IMG/VR virus record: IMGVR_UViG_3300044811_000031
Span: 23,792 to 87,791 of that record
DNA length: 64,000 bases
Reading direction: 5' to 3' (one strand)
DNA from: a virus
Under the pieces are notes generated by a model. It did no database searches, was not told where the DNA came from, and was given only the letters and a program-made list of their open reading frames with translations. A program made the translations under genes and the position numbers. Shown in pieces: positions 27,572-36,243 of this stretch (positions are counted from its first letter, which is position 1; the number at the start of each line of letters is the position of its first letter).

Positions 27572-27928
27572 TCAGAGGGTGACGGTGAGCAGGTAGACGG
27601 CGCCCACCAGCTCGGCTGCGTTGACGGCCAGCTCGACCACCAGACGGCCGGGGCTCCACTCGCCGGTGTCCCGGCCGACCTTCAGGCTCATCCGGATGAG
27701 CGAGACGAACAGGGCGGAACCCATCAGGCCCACCACCAGCAGGACCCCGGGCTCGGGGTGGCCGATGGCCAGCGACGCCAGAATGCAGCTCATCGCCAGA
27801 GCCACGAAGGCTCCGGCACCGGCGGCCTGCTGAGTGACCATCGGCCGCTTGCCGGTGCCCCGGGACGCTTCAGTGGTCAGGCCGATTGCGTAGAGAGCGG
27901 CCAGGATGACGGCTATAGCAGTGTTCAT
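27572..27928 (-). CDS. Membrane protein (4 TM)
   Basis: AGGAGAGATCATG start; hydrophobic segments. Confidence 0.7.
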   Translation of the reverse strand: MNTAIAVILAALYAIGLTTEASRGTGKRPMVTQQAAGAGAFVALAMSCILASLAIGHPEPGVLLVVGLMGSALFVSLIRMSLKVGRDTGEWSPGRLVVELAVNAAELVGAVYLLTVTL

Positions 27929-27955
27929 GATCTCTCCTGTCTCGTTGGTCTTACG

Positions 27956-28030
27956 TGCACCCGGCAGGACTCGAACCTGCGCCACGCGGCTTCGTAGGCC
28001 GCTGCTCTGTCCGGACTGAGCTACGGGTGC
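27956..28030 (-). tRNA. tRNA-Arg(ACG)
   Basis: Cloverleaf GCACCCG/CGGGTGC, GCGGC-CTACGAA-GCCGC, TTCGAGT. Confidence 0.9.
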
Positions 28031-28108
28031 TCGGTGGCCGCCGCTGGCCCTCAGTGGACCGGCGGCGGCCGGGGTGGTGCTACCTCCTTGGTCGGGCCCG
28101 GCGAGCCC

Positions 28109-28573
28109 TCAGCGGGCTGTTCGGGCGCGGTCCCGCTGGCTGATGAAGCCGTGCTCCTTCGGTGCCAGCGGCAGCTCCTCCTCGCGGTGGGCGACGACCC
28201 AGCTGTCCGCGTCGCCGTCGCCGTCCGCCAGGGTGATCCGGCAGGCGACCCACAGCCCCGGGGTCTCCCGGATGTGGTCCTCCAGGTTGCCCCCGATGTA
28301 CTCGGAGGAGTGCAGCCCCACGCCGCTGTAGCCGTACTGCCCAGTCCAGCCGGACAGCAGGCTCCAGCCCTGGCGCCGGACCGCGCGGATCATGTCGGCC
28401 TCGTGCTCCTTGAGGATCGAGCCGTCGTCCGTCGTCTCGGTCTCGACCTCCGGCGCCCGGACGTCCGGCACGGCCTCGACCGTGCCGTCATCCCGGACCC
28501 GGACGACCTGGCCGAACTCCATCAGGTCGCGCAGCTCCCGGCTGCGTCGTCCCCAGCCCATTACGGCTTCCAC
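28109..28573 (-). CDS. Hypothetical protein
   Basis: 154 aa; GWTGQYGYSG..HSSEYIGG. Confidence 0.65.
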   Translation of the reverse strand: MEAVMGWGRRSRELRDLMEFGQVVRVRDDGTVEAVPDVRAPEVETETTDDGSILKEHEADMIRAVRRQGWSLLSGWTGQYGYSGVGLHSSEYIGGNLEDHIRETPGLWVACRITLADGDGDADSWVVAHREEELPLAPKEHGFISQRDRARTAR

Positions 28574-29037
28574 TGCGATCCGCCGAAGTGCGGGTCACGC
28601 TTCATGGCCCGGGTGTAGTCGGTACCGGCCGCCACCATCGCGTCCGGGCCCGGCTCGTCCGGGTCCAGGCCGCGCTGCTTGAGCCATGCCTTACGGCCCT
28701 TGGCGGTGCCGTCGTGGTAGCTCCCCCACGCCTCGATCAGGACGGCACGGTGGGCGTTGGTCGTGGTGGAGTGGTTGACCGCCGGGATGACCCGCTCCAG
28801 CAGGCCGGTCTGCTCGTCTTCGAGGGCCCAGCCGATCGGGGTGTCGTAGCTGTAGACCACGTACACCGCCTCATGCAGGCTGGCCTTCAGCTCGGCCGCG
28901 TTGCTCTCGCTGCTCAGCCAGCCGAGGTCGCGCCCGGCGCCGGGTACGCCGCGCAGGTTGCCGGTGGACAGCTCCCACTTGCGGTGGTTGTCGAACGCGC
29001 TGATCGCCTTACGCCGTGCTTCCTGTCCCATGGCCAT
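28561..29037 (-). CDS. Hypothetical protein (YVVYSY.TPI.W family)
   Basis: AGGAG RBS; paralog of 26703. Confidence 0.7.
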   Translation of the reverse strand: MAMGQEARRKAISAFDNHRKWELSTGNLRGVPGAGRDLGWLSSESNAAELKASLHEAVYVVYSYDTPIGWALEDEQTGLLERVIPAVNHSTTTNAHRAVLIEAWGSYHDGTAKGRKAWLKQRGLDPDEPGPDAMVAAGTDYTRAMKRDPHFGGSQWKP

Positions 29038-29057
29038 GGGTGTCTCCTGTCTCGGGG

Positions 29058-29071
29058 GATTTAATTAAACC
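29058..29071. promoter_or_regulatory. Palindromic operator-like site, copy 1
   Basis: GATTTAATTAAACC, intergenic. Confidence 0.6.
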
Positions 29072-29102
29072 ACTCGGAGCCCCCCGGAGGGGGCTCCGGC
29101 GA

Positions 29103-29363
29103 CTACACCTCGCGGCTGGCCGCCCACAGCCGCCGGGTGGCGGCGAACACGGCGACCCGCTTCCTCGTCTTCAGGTCGGACCCGGTGACGAAGTAGGCCG
29201 GGATGTACTCGCCCCGGTACAGGATCTCCGCCAGGGCGACCTGGTGGACCAGCACCTGGCGGGTGATGACGGCCGGGCCGTCGTCCTTGACGTACTCGGT
29301 GAACACGTCGCCACCCTTCAGCTGCGGGCTGCGGACGATGAACTCGGTGAGCTTGCTCTGCAT
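29103..29363 (-). CDS. Hypothetical protein
   Basis: 86 aa with RBS. Confidence 0.6.
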   Translation of the reverse strand: MQSKLTEFIVRSPQLKGGDVFTEYVKDDGPAVITRQVLVHQVALAEILYRGEYIPAYFVTGSDLKTRKRVAVFAATRRLWAASREV

Positions 29364-29402
29364 GATCGATCTCCTGGGCTTGCTGTGCGGTGGACGGGCG
29401 GG

Positions 29403-29747
29403 TCAGCGGCTGGACCGCTTCTTGAACGTCACCGGCGCGTCGTCCGTGTAGACGGCGTCCCGGATCTTGGGGGCCCAGCGGAACATCGGCTTGGTCCGGG
29501 CGGGGGCCAGCCAGGTCTCCCCGTTCTGCGGGTTGCGGCGCACCCGGGGCGCCTCGACCTTCGGGTACCAGGTACCGAAGTTGGTGACGTTGACCGGGTG
29601 ACCGGCCACCACGTTGCGGGGGATGACGTCGAACGTCGCCCGCAGTACCCGCTCCACGATCTCGCGGCTGACGCCGGACTCGGCCGCGACGGCCTCGGCC
29701 AGGGCCATGTGGTTCAGGCGGCCGGTGGGGATGTGTCGTGCGCTCAT
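29403..29747 (-). CDS. HU/IHF-family DNA-binding protein
   Basis: LAEAVA, V.VTNFGTW, R..RNPQNGE, P.F. Confidence 0.9.
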   Translation of the reverse strand: MSARHIPTGRLNHMALAEAVAAESGVSREIVERVLRATFDVIPRNVVAGHPVNVTNFGTWYPKVEAPRVRRNPQNGETWLAPARTKPMFRWAPKIRDAVYTDDAPVTFKKRSSR

Positions 29748-29754
29748 GATCTCC

Positions 29755-30207
29755 TCAATCCTTGACGACCGGCCACGGGACCGGCTTGCCGTCGCTCTTG
29801 CGGACCCACTGTCCGCCGGATGTCTTCTCGAAGGGGTCGATCAGGTCGGCCGCGAACTCCATGCCGTCCAGACCGTGGGGCGTCCAGGTGCCGAGGCGCC
29901 TGACCCGCGCCTTGCGGATCTTCTCCGCGTCGTAGTGCTGGATCATGTCCGGCAGCCACGAGACGAACTTGCACAGGGTCTCCAGCTCGGAGTCGTCACC
30001 CTCCCAGTCGTCCGGCTGGTCCATGTCGTAGGTGACCTTGTGGACCGCGTCGGCCAGCGTGCGGTACGCCGCGTGATCGCTGTCCTCCAGCGCTCCGGCG
30101 GCGACCTTGTCGTGGAACTGCTGGATGTACTTGCTCCCGCTGTCCCACGTCCAGCCGTGAGCGATCATCGCCCCCAGGAGGACGGCCCGCTCGGTCTCTC
30201 CGTGCAT
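29755..30207 (-). CDS. Hypothetical protein
   Basis: Coupled to the upstream ORF; GGAGG RBS. Confidence 0.6.
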   Translation of the reverse strand: MHGETERAVLLGAMIAHGWTWDSGSKYIQQFHDKVAAGALEDSDHAAYRTLADAVHKVTYDMDQPDDWEGDDSELETLCKFVSWLPDMIQHYDAEKIRKARVRRLGTWTPHGLDGMEFAADLIDPFEKTSGGQWVRKSDGKPVPWPVVKD

Positions 30208-30380
30208 CACGATGCCTCCGTCCGGGCGAGGAACCACGCGGCGGACCGGGACGTCCTCCGTGCCCTGCTGGAGGCCCGTGAGCCCCTGGCCCGGTCGGTG
30301 GTGCCGGACCGGTCCTGTTCGGCCGCCCTGCGCCCGTCTGTGGACGCCTTGCGGGTCTTCTGCACCTGCTCCTGCTTCAT
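30207..30380 (-). CDS. Small basic protein
   Basis: GAGGAG RBS; Arg-rich. Confidence 0.4.
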   Translation of the reverse strand: MKQEQVQKTRKASTDGRRAAEQDRSGTTDRARGSRASSRARRTSRSAAWFLARTEAS

Positions 30381-30401
30381 AACCGATCTCCTCTCACTGC
30401 G

Positions 30402-30474
30402 AGCCCCCGGCACGATTCGAACGTGCAACCTGCTCATTACGAAAGAGCTGCTCTGGCCGTTGAGCTACGGGGGC
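30402..30474 (-). tRNA. tRNA-Thr(CGT)
   Basis: GCCCCCG/CGGGGGC, anticodon loop TT-CGT-AA, TTCGAAT. Confidence 0.85.
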
Positions 30475-30500
30475 TGGCCCGGCCGGAGCCGGGGTTGTGC

Positions 30501-30782
30501 TCACTTCCTTCGTCCACCGCACCAGGACTCCAGCGCTCCGTCGATCACCTGCTTGTTGCTGGTGGTCTCGGCTTCGTCCTCGTCCGCGAAATCGAACCAC
30601 ACCGAGTGCAGCCACTCGGAGAACGGCTTGGCGCTCTCGGGCGGCAGCTCGCGGGTGTCCAGGACGTACTGGTAGATCATCCCGGCGTCGACACCGCGCT
30701 GGACGCCCGGCCTGACGTCCTCCGGCCGGGCCCCCTGCTCGTCGTACTGCTCGGCCAGGGCTTTGGGGTCCAGGGCGGTCAT
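30501..30782 (-). CDS. Hypothetical protein
   Basis: ATGA-coupled. Confidence 0.6.
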   Translation of the reverse strand: MTALDPKALAEQYDEQGARPEDVRPGVQRGVDAGMIYQYVLDTRELPPESAKPFSEWLHSVWFDFADEDEAETTSNKQVIDGALESWCGGRRK

Positions 30783-31099
30783 CGGGGCACCTCTACTTCG
30801 GCGCTCTCGATGGCCGTGGTGTGGACTCCGTAGACCCCGGCCTTGCTGGCTGTGATGAGGTACATGCCGACAGCTTTGGACGGGTCCTTGAAAGCCTGGC
30901 CCCACGAGAGGTCGAGCTGCTGGACGAACAGGTCGCGCTGGAAGCCGACGACCCGGTACGGGTCGCCATGCCAGACGTCCTGGCGGCCGATCATGCCCTG
31001 CTCGTCTGCGAAGAACGGGTACGGGAGCTTGGTCAGCTCCTGTCCGTCGTCGGTGATCTGATCGGTGAACGCTGCGGGTTGCAGCCGGATGATGGTCAT
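30779..31099 (-). CDS. Hypothetical protein
   Basis: 106 aa, coupled. Confidence 0.65.
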   Translation of the reverse strand: MTIIRLQPAAFTDQITDDGQELTKLPYPFFADEQGMIGRQDVWHGDPYRVVGFQRDLFVQQLDLSWGQAFKDPSKAVGMYLITASKAGVYGVHTTAIESAEVEVPR

Positions 31100-31485
31100 A
31101 GCGGGTCCAGCCCTTCGTGCTCACGGATCAGGTTGGCGAGGGTGACCATGTCGTCGGCCCACCGCTTGCTGCTGTGGACCTCGATGCCGAGCCCCCGCAG
31201 GTACTCGCGGGCGGCGGACTCACGCCTGTCCCAGGCGAGCTGCTCGGGGGTGCGGATACGCGCCGGGCTGCCGATGCCCTTGCCCGGCGGGTAGACGGTC
31301 TTGGTCCCCATGTGGAAGCGGTCGTCCCGGATGTACCCGCCGTCTATCGGCTTGACGGTCAGCCATACCCGGCCGACCGAGACGACCTCGACCGGGGTCT
31401 CCCGGGTGCCACGGTTCAGCGTTTCGGTGATCATCAGTTCGTCGCCGACGGCCAGCGGACCCAGCTCCGGGCGCTTGTGGTTCAT
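31096..31485 (-). CDS. Hypothetical beta-barrel-like protein
   Basis: LAVGD..VVSVGRVW; coupled. Confidence 0.6.
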   Translation of the reverse strand: MNHKRPELGPLAVGDELMITETLNRGTRETPVEVVSVGRVWLTVKPIDGGYIRDDRFHMGTKTVYPPGKGIGSPARIRTPEQLAWDRRESAAREYLRGLGIEVHSSKRWADDMVTLANLIREHEGLDPL

Positions 31486-31637
31486 CGCCACAGCGAGTCC
31501 CCCTCCTCGTCCACGGCCTCGCCGTCGATGCCCTGGCCGACGATCGTCCACTTCTCGGGGAGGTCGTCGTACGCCTGGATGATCGCGGCCTTGGGGTCGT
31601 CGGACTCGATCTCGATGAAGATCTGTACGTGTGCCAT
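31482..31637 (-). CDS. 51-aa acidic protein
   Basis: GAGGAGAG RBS; coupled. Confidence 0.55.
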   Translation of the reverse strand: MAHVQIFIEIESDDPKAAIIQAYDDLPEKWTIVGQGIDGEAVDEEGDSLWR

Positions 31638-31717
31638 CTGCTCTCCTCTCCACTGTGCTGGGTGAACCGTACCCCGGGGCTGACTGGGTCAACCCCGGGG
31701 CAGGCTACACGGGTTGG

Positions 31718-32437
31718 TCAGCGGTAGCCCTTCGCGGTCGTCCGGAAGGTCGATTTGGTGCCGGTCTTCCACCAGCGGCCCTGACTGAGCGGCGTGGCGC
31801 AGAACTCCACGACGTGGAGCACCCCGGCCATCTCGTTGACGTAGTCCCGCCACTCCTCGTAGGACATGTCCTCCGGACCCTTGAAGTACAGCGTGTCGTC
31901 GCCGTCGGCCAGGTAGCCGGTGTCCCGGTCGATGATGACGTTGAGCGCCCAGTCGGCCAGGTGCGGGGGGACCTCCTTGAGCTGCTCCCGGCGGCGGCCG
32001 GACTTCCAGCCGGTCCAGCCGTTGGCCAGCTTGTCGTCCATCCACGCCATCAGGTCGAGCACCTGGCTGGTGGCCATGCGGAACGACCCGGCGACTTGGT
32101 GGGGGGTGCTGTTCCAGAACGTGGTGAAGTGCACTCCCGCGTCCGGCAGCCGCTTGGCCTGCATCGTGTTCTGTCCACCGGCGTTGGTCCAGACGTCGCC
32201 CATGCGGGAGCGGTGCAGCCACCCGGCCAGCCGCTCGAAGTCGGCCTGCTCCAGCAGGGTCGAGTCCGAGTGGGAGCTGTGCATCGGGTAGAGCGCGAGC
32301 ACGGTGGTGTCGTCCAGGGGGCGCCAGTAGCGCGGTCCCATCTGGAAGCTCGATGACTTGTTCTGCTCGCCCTTGCCCGCTACCTGGTACAGCGCGGCTT
32401 CGTACGCCTGCTGCTCTTCCCTCGTGCGCCTAGGCAT
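31718..32437 (-). CDS. Hypothetical protein
   Basis: 239 aa; GGAGGA RBS. Confidence 0.65.
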   Translation of the reverse strand: MPRRTREEQQAYEAALYQVAGKGEQNKSSSFQMGPRYWRPLDDTTVLALYPMHSSHSDSTLLEQADFERLAGWLHRSRMGDVWTNAGGQNTMQAKRLPDAGVHFTTFWNSTPHQVAGSFRMATSQVLDLMAWMDDKLANGWTGWKSGRRREQLKEVPPHLADWALNVIIDRDTGYLADGDDTLYFKGPEDMSYEEWRDYVNEMAGVLHVVEFCATPLSQGRWWKTGTKSTFRTTAKGYR

Positions 32438-32675
32438 TGTGTGTTCCTCCTCGTCCCTGCCAGCGGAGGCCGTGGCGCCTCAACCGGGTGATCTTGTTCT
32501 TGCTCTCGTGGTCCATCAGCTTGGCGGTGGTGGAGACGATCTCCCGGTAGCCGCAGGCCAAGCAGACCAGCGCCGGGTGCTTGCCCCGGCTGCGGTCCAG
32601 CTCGAACACCTTCTGCTCCTCCGCCGCGTCGACCAGGCGGCGGAGGAGGTCGGAGCGGAAGCGGATCTTGCTCAT
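32430..32675 (-). CDS. HicA-like (dsRBD fold) protein
   Basis: Helix, ELDRSRGKH, IVSTT, KN...LRRHG pattern. Confidence 0.5.
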   Translation of the reverse strand: MSKIRFRSDLLRRLVDAAEEQKVFELDRSRGKHPALVCLACGYREIVSTTAKLMDHESKNKITRLRRHGLRWQGRGGTHNA

Positions 32676-33214
32676 CAGTCGGTGCACTGCGGGGTGTTGT
32701 GCACCCGGCCGACGTAGCCGCACGGGCACGGCTTCAGATAGGTGGCGTCGGCCGCCTTGGCCGCCCTGGCGGCGGCGGCCAGCTCCCGTCCGCAGGAGCA
32801 GAGGTGGCCCGTCCCCTTCCACCGGGGGCAGCCCTGGCAGCCGGGGAGCCCGGAGGCGCGGGCTGCCCTGACGGCTTCCTCCACGATGCCCTCCAGGTTG
32901 CGGAGGGTGTAGTCGGTGCCGCCCTCGACCCCACCACCGCGCCGGGCCTCCGCCACGACGCTGTACAGCTGGTCGGTCAGGTCGTCGCCGAGCTTGACCT
33001 CGTCCTCGGCCAGCAGCTCGTCCAGCGTGACGGAGTCGTCCTTCCGGCCGTCAGTCCACCCCTTCTGGTAACCGATAATCGACGCCTGGCCAAGGAAGCC
33101 TGCGAGGGTCCGCTTCGCGTCCTCTCGCTGCCGGGGCGGTACGTTCACCAGGAGGACCGCGTACGCCTCCTGATAGACGTCGTTGAGCGTCCTCTCGGGC
33201 TTGCTCTGTGACAT
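32675..33214 (-). CDS. Hypothetical Cys/His-rich protein
   Basis: RBS; C-terminal CxxC/HxC motifs. Confidence 0.6.
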   Translation of the reverse strand: MSQSKPERTLNDVYQEAYAVLLVNVPPRQREDAKRTLAGFLGQASIIGYQKGWTDGRKDDSVTLDELLAEDEVKLGDDLTDQLYSVVAEARRGGGVEGGTDYTLRNLEGIVEEAVRAARASGLPGCQGCPRWKGTGHLCSCGRELAAAARAAKAADATYLKPCPCGYVGRVHNTPQCTD

Positions 33215-33235
33215 CGTGCTCTCCTCTCGTTTGAG

Positions 33236-33305
33236 TGTCCTCAACAGGATTCGAACCTGTGGACTCCGGCACTAGCAACCGGCGCGCAACCGATGCGCTG
33301 AGGAC
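33236..33305 (-). ncRNA. Atypical compact tRNA-like RNA (central loop triplet CUA)
   Basis: Perfect acceptor stem GTCCTCA/TGAGGAC and T arm ACAGG-TTCGAAT-CCTGT; 5-nt D loop; CCGG-TTGCTAGTG-CCGG. Confidence 0.7.
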
Positions 33306-33435
33306 GTGCACGGGATTACGGCTCCCGGCGGCCGGTCGGGCGTCCTCAGCGAGGAACGCGGGGGAGAGACGGGGAGTGGATCTCCCGGGGGTCCTTGGGT
33401 GTCGGCTTGGGACCGGGCTGGCTGACTGCCATTCT

Positions 33436-33705
33436 TCACTCCTCGTTCAGGAACGCTATAGCGATCCGTGCGGCACCCGCGTGGGTGACCGGGTGGCTGG
33501 CCGGGGTGACCAGATCGTCGGCCTCCAGCAGGTACTGCGGTCCACGGGCGCGGGTCACCTTGTCCGCCCGCAGGCGGACGATCCACTTGCCGTGGTAGCG
33601 GGGGCCGACGCGCCCGCCGCCCGCCTTGGCGACCTGCGCCCGGATGGTCGTGCCGGGCATCACCTTGTCGAACTCGAAGTCCTCGTCCGTGTACGGATCA
33701 CTCAT
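33436..33705 (-). CDS. Hypothetical protein
   Basis: 89 aa, coupled. Confidence 0.6.
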   Translation of the reverse strand: MSDPYTDEDFEFDKVMPGTTIRAQVAKAGGGRVGPRYHGKWIVRLRADKVTRARGPQYLLEADDLVTPASHPVTHAGAARIAIAFLNEE

Positions 33706-34171
33706 CGTCTTCCTCCGGGAACATCAGGTCGAAGCAGGGACCGCAGGTGCCGGTCTTGACCAGCTCGCGCTCGTCGGCGTTCAGGTACGGCAGCGCGTTC
33801 TGGATGAACATGCCGCCACGCCAGTCGGCGAGGTCGGACTCGCTGACCTCCAGCGTGGTGGCCGTGCCGCACACCCGGCAGGTGTAGTCGCGGGGCAGCC
33901 GGGCCGACGACAGGAAGATCGTCTGCGTCTCGCAGACGCGGGTGTCGGGGCTGCCTCCGGGGGCCTCGCTCAGCCAGCCGGAGATGCCGCCGGAGCTGAC
34001 CGCACCGCTCACGCCGTACTCGGTCTTCATGACCTGCGCGGCCTCGCGCACCAGCTTGGTGTGCTCGGCCGCCGGGCCGTAGCTGTAGATCGCCACGATG
34101 CCGTGGCCCCGGTCCTCCGCCTCGTGACGGTAGACGTACCGGGGGTTCTCCAGGGGCTTCCTGTCAGTCAT
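33698..34171 (-). CDS. Hypothetical protein with Zn-ribbon-like C-terminus
   Basis: CRVCG, IQNALPYL..DERE...TG.C..C. Confidence 0.7.
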   Translation of the reverse strand: MTDRKPLENPRYVYRHEAEDRGHGIVAIYSYGPAAEHTKLVREAAQVMKTEYGVSGAVSSGGISGWLSEAPGGSPDTRVCETQTIFLSSARLPRDYTCRVCGTATTLEVSESDLADWRGGMFIQNALPYLNADERELVKTGTCGPCFDLMFPEEDDE

Positions 34172-34181
34172 GCTGTCCCTC

Positions 34182-34412
34182 CTAGTTGAACTGGGATATG
34201 GCGTGCTGCTGGTCGATGTCCCAGTGGGACGCCGAAGCGGCGATCTCGCCCTCGGGGCAGAGATCCTGGATCAGGCCGGAGCCGAGAGCCATCACGTGGG
34301 AGCAGTGCTGGCAGTCGGACATGTGCTCGATCCACATGGTGTAGCTCGACCAGTACGGGAGCGACGCCAGCCGGTGTACGGCTGGCGCCACGAACTCGTT
34401 GGGGAGGTCCAT
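34182..34412 (-). CDS. Small Cys/His protein
   Basis: H..DC..C..C. Confidence 0.55.
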   Translation of the reverse strand: MDLPNEFVAPAVHRLASLPYWSSYTMWIEHMSDCQHCSHVMALGSGLIQDLCPEGEIAASASHWDIDQQHAISQFN

Positions 34413-34810
34413 CACGCCACGGCCAGTACGGCGGCGGCGTGCATGCGGCGCTGGATGTCGGCCCACTCGTTCTGGGCGGCGGTGTCGGCCTCCGCCATGC
34501 GGGCGGCGGCGGCGCGGCTGGCGTCGCTGCGGGGCTCCGGAACGGTGAGCCGGAAGGCGTCGCCCAGGCCGTACGCGGTGACGCGGTCGAGCCGGAAGGT
34601 CCGGGTCTCCCCGGACTGCCGGTCCATCGCCCGGACGTAGCGGTCGCCCTCTGCGTTGCGGGTGATGGCGTACGGCTCGATGGTGCGGACGGTGCCGGAG
34701 CTGTTGGCCCGGGTGTAGACGATGGCCAGCGAGCGGTGCTCGCGCATCGCTCGGGTGACCGTCCGGTACAGGCTGTGCAGACGGACGTTGGTGCAGAGCT
34801 GAACTCGCAT
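34412..34810 (-). CDS. Stand-alone WYL-domain protein
   Basis: I.Y......T.RTIEPY, Y..A.D...GE.RTFRLDR. Confidence 0.85.
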   Translation of the reverse strand: MRVQLCTNVRLHSLYRTVTRAMREHRSLAIVYTRANSSGTVRTIEPYAITRNAEGDRYVRAMDRQSGETRTFRLDRVTAYGLGDAFRLTVPEPRSDASRAAAARMAEADTAAQNEWADIQRRMHAAAVLAVA

Positions 34811-34849
34811 GATCTTTCTCCTGCTCTCCTGGTCCTGCTGGGGTGGTGC

Positions 34850-34863
34850 GATTTAAGTAAACC
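34850..34863. promoter_or_regulatory. Palindromic operator-like site, copy 2
   Basis: GATTTAAGTAAACC upstream of the WYL gene. Confidence 0.6.
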
Positions 34864-34916
34864 ATCAAGGGTCCGGCCGGGGACCAACCACGACGAAAAT
34901 ACCCGGCCGGACCTTG

Positions 34917-34997
34917 CTCACGGAGTGGGGCCCGAACCCACGTCTGCCCCCCGGGGTGCGGCCCCGGCGGCGCTCTGCCATGTTGAGCTATCCGTGA
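34917..34997 (-). ncRNA. tRNA-like RNA with elongated anticodon arm
   Basis: TCACGGA/TCCGTGA acceptor, canonical D arm, 8-9 bp anticodon stem with 5-nt loop CCGCA, T loop TTCGGGC. Confidence 0.7.
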
Positions 34998-35121
34998 TCG
35001 GCTCCCCGGTACCCCGGGGAGCCTTCGAGGCTTTCTTTGGGTTGCCCCTCAGACGGACCACCGGCCACGACACTCCGGGTGTCCCCGGCGCGACCGTCCT
35101 GGTACCTCTCCGTCCCTCATG

Positions 35122-35193
35122 TACTCCCACCCGGTCATGATCCGGGACCTGCACCTTGAGAGGGTGCCGGGCATCCATTGCCACCATGGGAGC
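35122..35193 (-). tRNA. tRNA-Glu(CTC)-like with aberrant T loop
   Basis: GCTCCCA/TGGGAGT, GCACC-CTCTCAA-GGTGC, T arm CCCGG-ATCATGA-CCGGG. Confidence 0.65.
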
Positions 35194-35222
35194 TGGCCCG
35201 GCCGGAGCCGGGGTTGTACGTG

Positions 35223-35717
35223 TCAGTGCCCGCACAGGGAGCGGTGCCCCTCGTCCATGCCGCAGTGATCACCATTCGAATCGTAGCCCGAGCACTGCCG
35301 GTGCGGATGGGCCAGCTGGCAGTCAGGCCCGAACTGGCAGGTGGTGTCGACCGAGGCTCGGGGGGTCATCGTCTGGGTACGCCGCAGCCAGTCGTGGGGG
35401 TCGACCAGCGTGCCCTCGACTTTCCGGGGGAGCGCGGCACCGAACCCGGCGCGCCGTCCCTCCTCCTCGGTCAGCCCATAGTCCGCACCCCGGTTGACGC
35501 TCTGGACCTGCTCCAGGGTCGCGGGCGGGGACACCGTGTGCCTGGCCAGGATGTCCCCGGCCGAGTACGTCTCGGCCTGCTCGTCCAGTGCGGCGAAGAC
35601 GCCCGCGTTGTCGAGCGTGTTGATCAGCCAGGCGACCTTCCCGCTCATGCCCACCTGCCCCAGAGCCATGCCCCGGAGTTCGGCCAGGGCCTGGATCGTC
35701 TCGTCGCTGTAGTTCAT
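35223..35717 (-). CDS. Hypothetical protein
   Basis: GAGGAGAGATCATG start. Confidence 0.65.
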   Translation of the reverse strand: MNYSDETIQALAELRGMALGQVGMSGKVAWLINTLDNAGVFAALDEQAETYSAGDILARHTVSPPATLEQVQSVNRGADYGLTEEEGRRAGFGAALPRKVEGTLVDPHDWLRRTQTMTPRASVDTTCQFGPDCQLAHPHRQCSGYDSNGDHCGMDEGHRSLCGH

Positions 35718-35739
35718 GATCTCTCCTCGATCGCTGGGA

Positions 35740-35937
35740 CTAGCTGACCTCTACGGTGTCCAGGGCGAGGCTGAGCACCTCGTCGTACGACGTTGCGTTG
35801 TGCGCGGCCGTGGTGAAATCCTCGGCAGCCTCGCGGTGACCGGCGCGCCGGAGGGCCTGGGCGACCTTGGCGATGATGCCGAAGACGTTGCCGTCCTGGC
35901 CGGTGAGCTGGACCTCGACGTCGGGGTAGTTGGGCAT
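35740..35937 (-). CDS. Small phage protein (LTGQDGNVF.I motif)
   Basis: GAGGAGAGATCATG start. Confidence 0.7.
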   Translation of the reverse strand: MPNYPDVEVQLTGQDGNVFGIIAKVAQALRRAGHREAAEDFTTAAHNATSYDEVLSLALDTVEVS

Positions 35938-35969
35938 GATCTCTCCTCGCTCGATCTTGTGGTGCTGAG

Positions 35970-36042
35970 TGGACCCGACAGGACTTGAACCTGCCACCCC
36001 CTGTGTGCGAAACAGGTGCTCTACCAGATGAGCTACGGGCCC
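35970..36042 (-). tRNA. tRNA-Ala(CGC)
   Basis: G3:U70 pair, CCTGT-TTCGCAC-ACAGG, TTCAAGT. Confidence 0.9.
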
Positions 36043-36077
36043 GTGACGACCCCCGCAGACGGGGGCCGGTAGAAGGA

Positions 36078-36176
36078 TCAGCAGGGAGAGCCGCACTTGG
36101 TGCAGCGCCCCGCCCATTCGCCCGAGCTGCCCCGGGTGTGCTCGCCGCCCGCCGGGCAGCTACCGTAAACGATCAT
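36078..36176 (-). CDS. 32-aa Zn-finger-like microprotein
   Basis: MIVYGSCPAGGEH...RCTKCGSPC; GAGGAG RBS. Confidence 0.5.
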   Translation of the reverse strand: MIVYGSCPAGGEHTRGSSGEWAGRCTKCGSPC

Positions 36177-36243
36177 CTATGCTCTCCTCTCCGTGGTGTC
36201 TGCACGTGCCCCCGGCCGGACGCCCTTTGGCAGCTCGGTCGGG

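Noticed and set aside
27956-36042. tRNAs as attachment sites or prophage boundaries
   Set aside because: No integrase or duplicated tRNA 3' ends; phage-like genes continue on both sides
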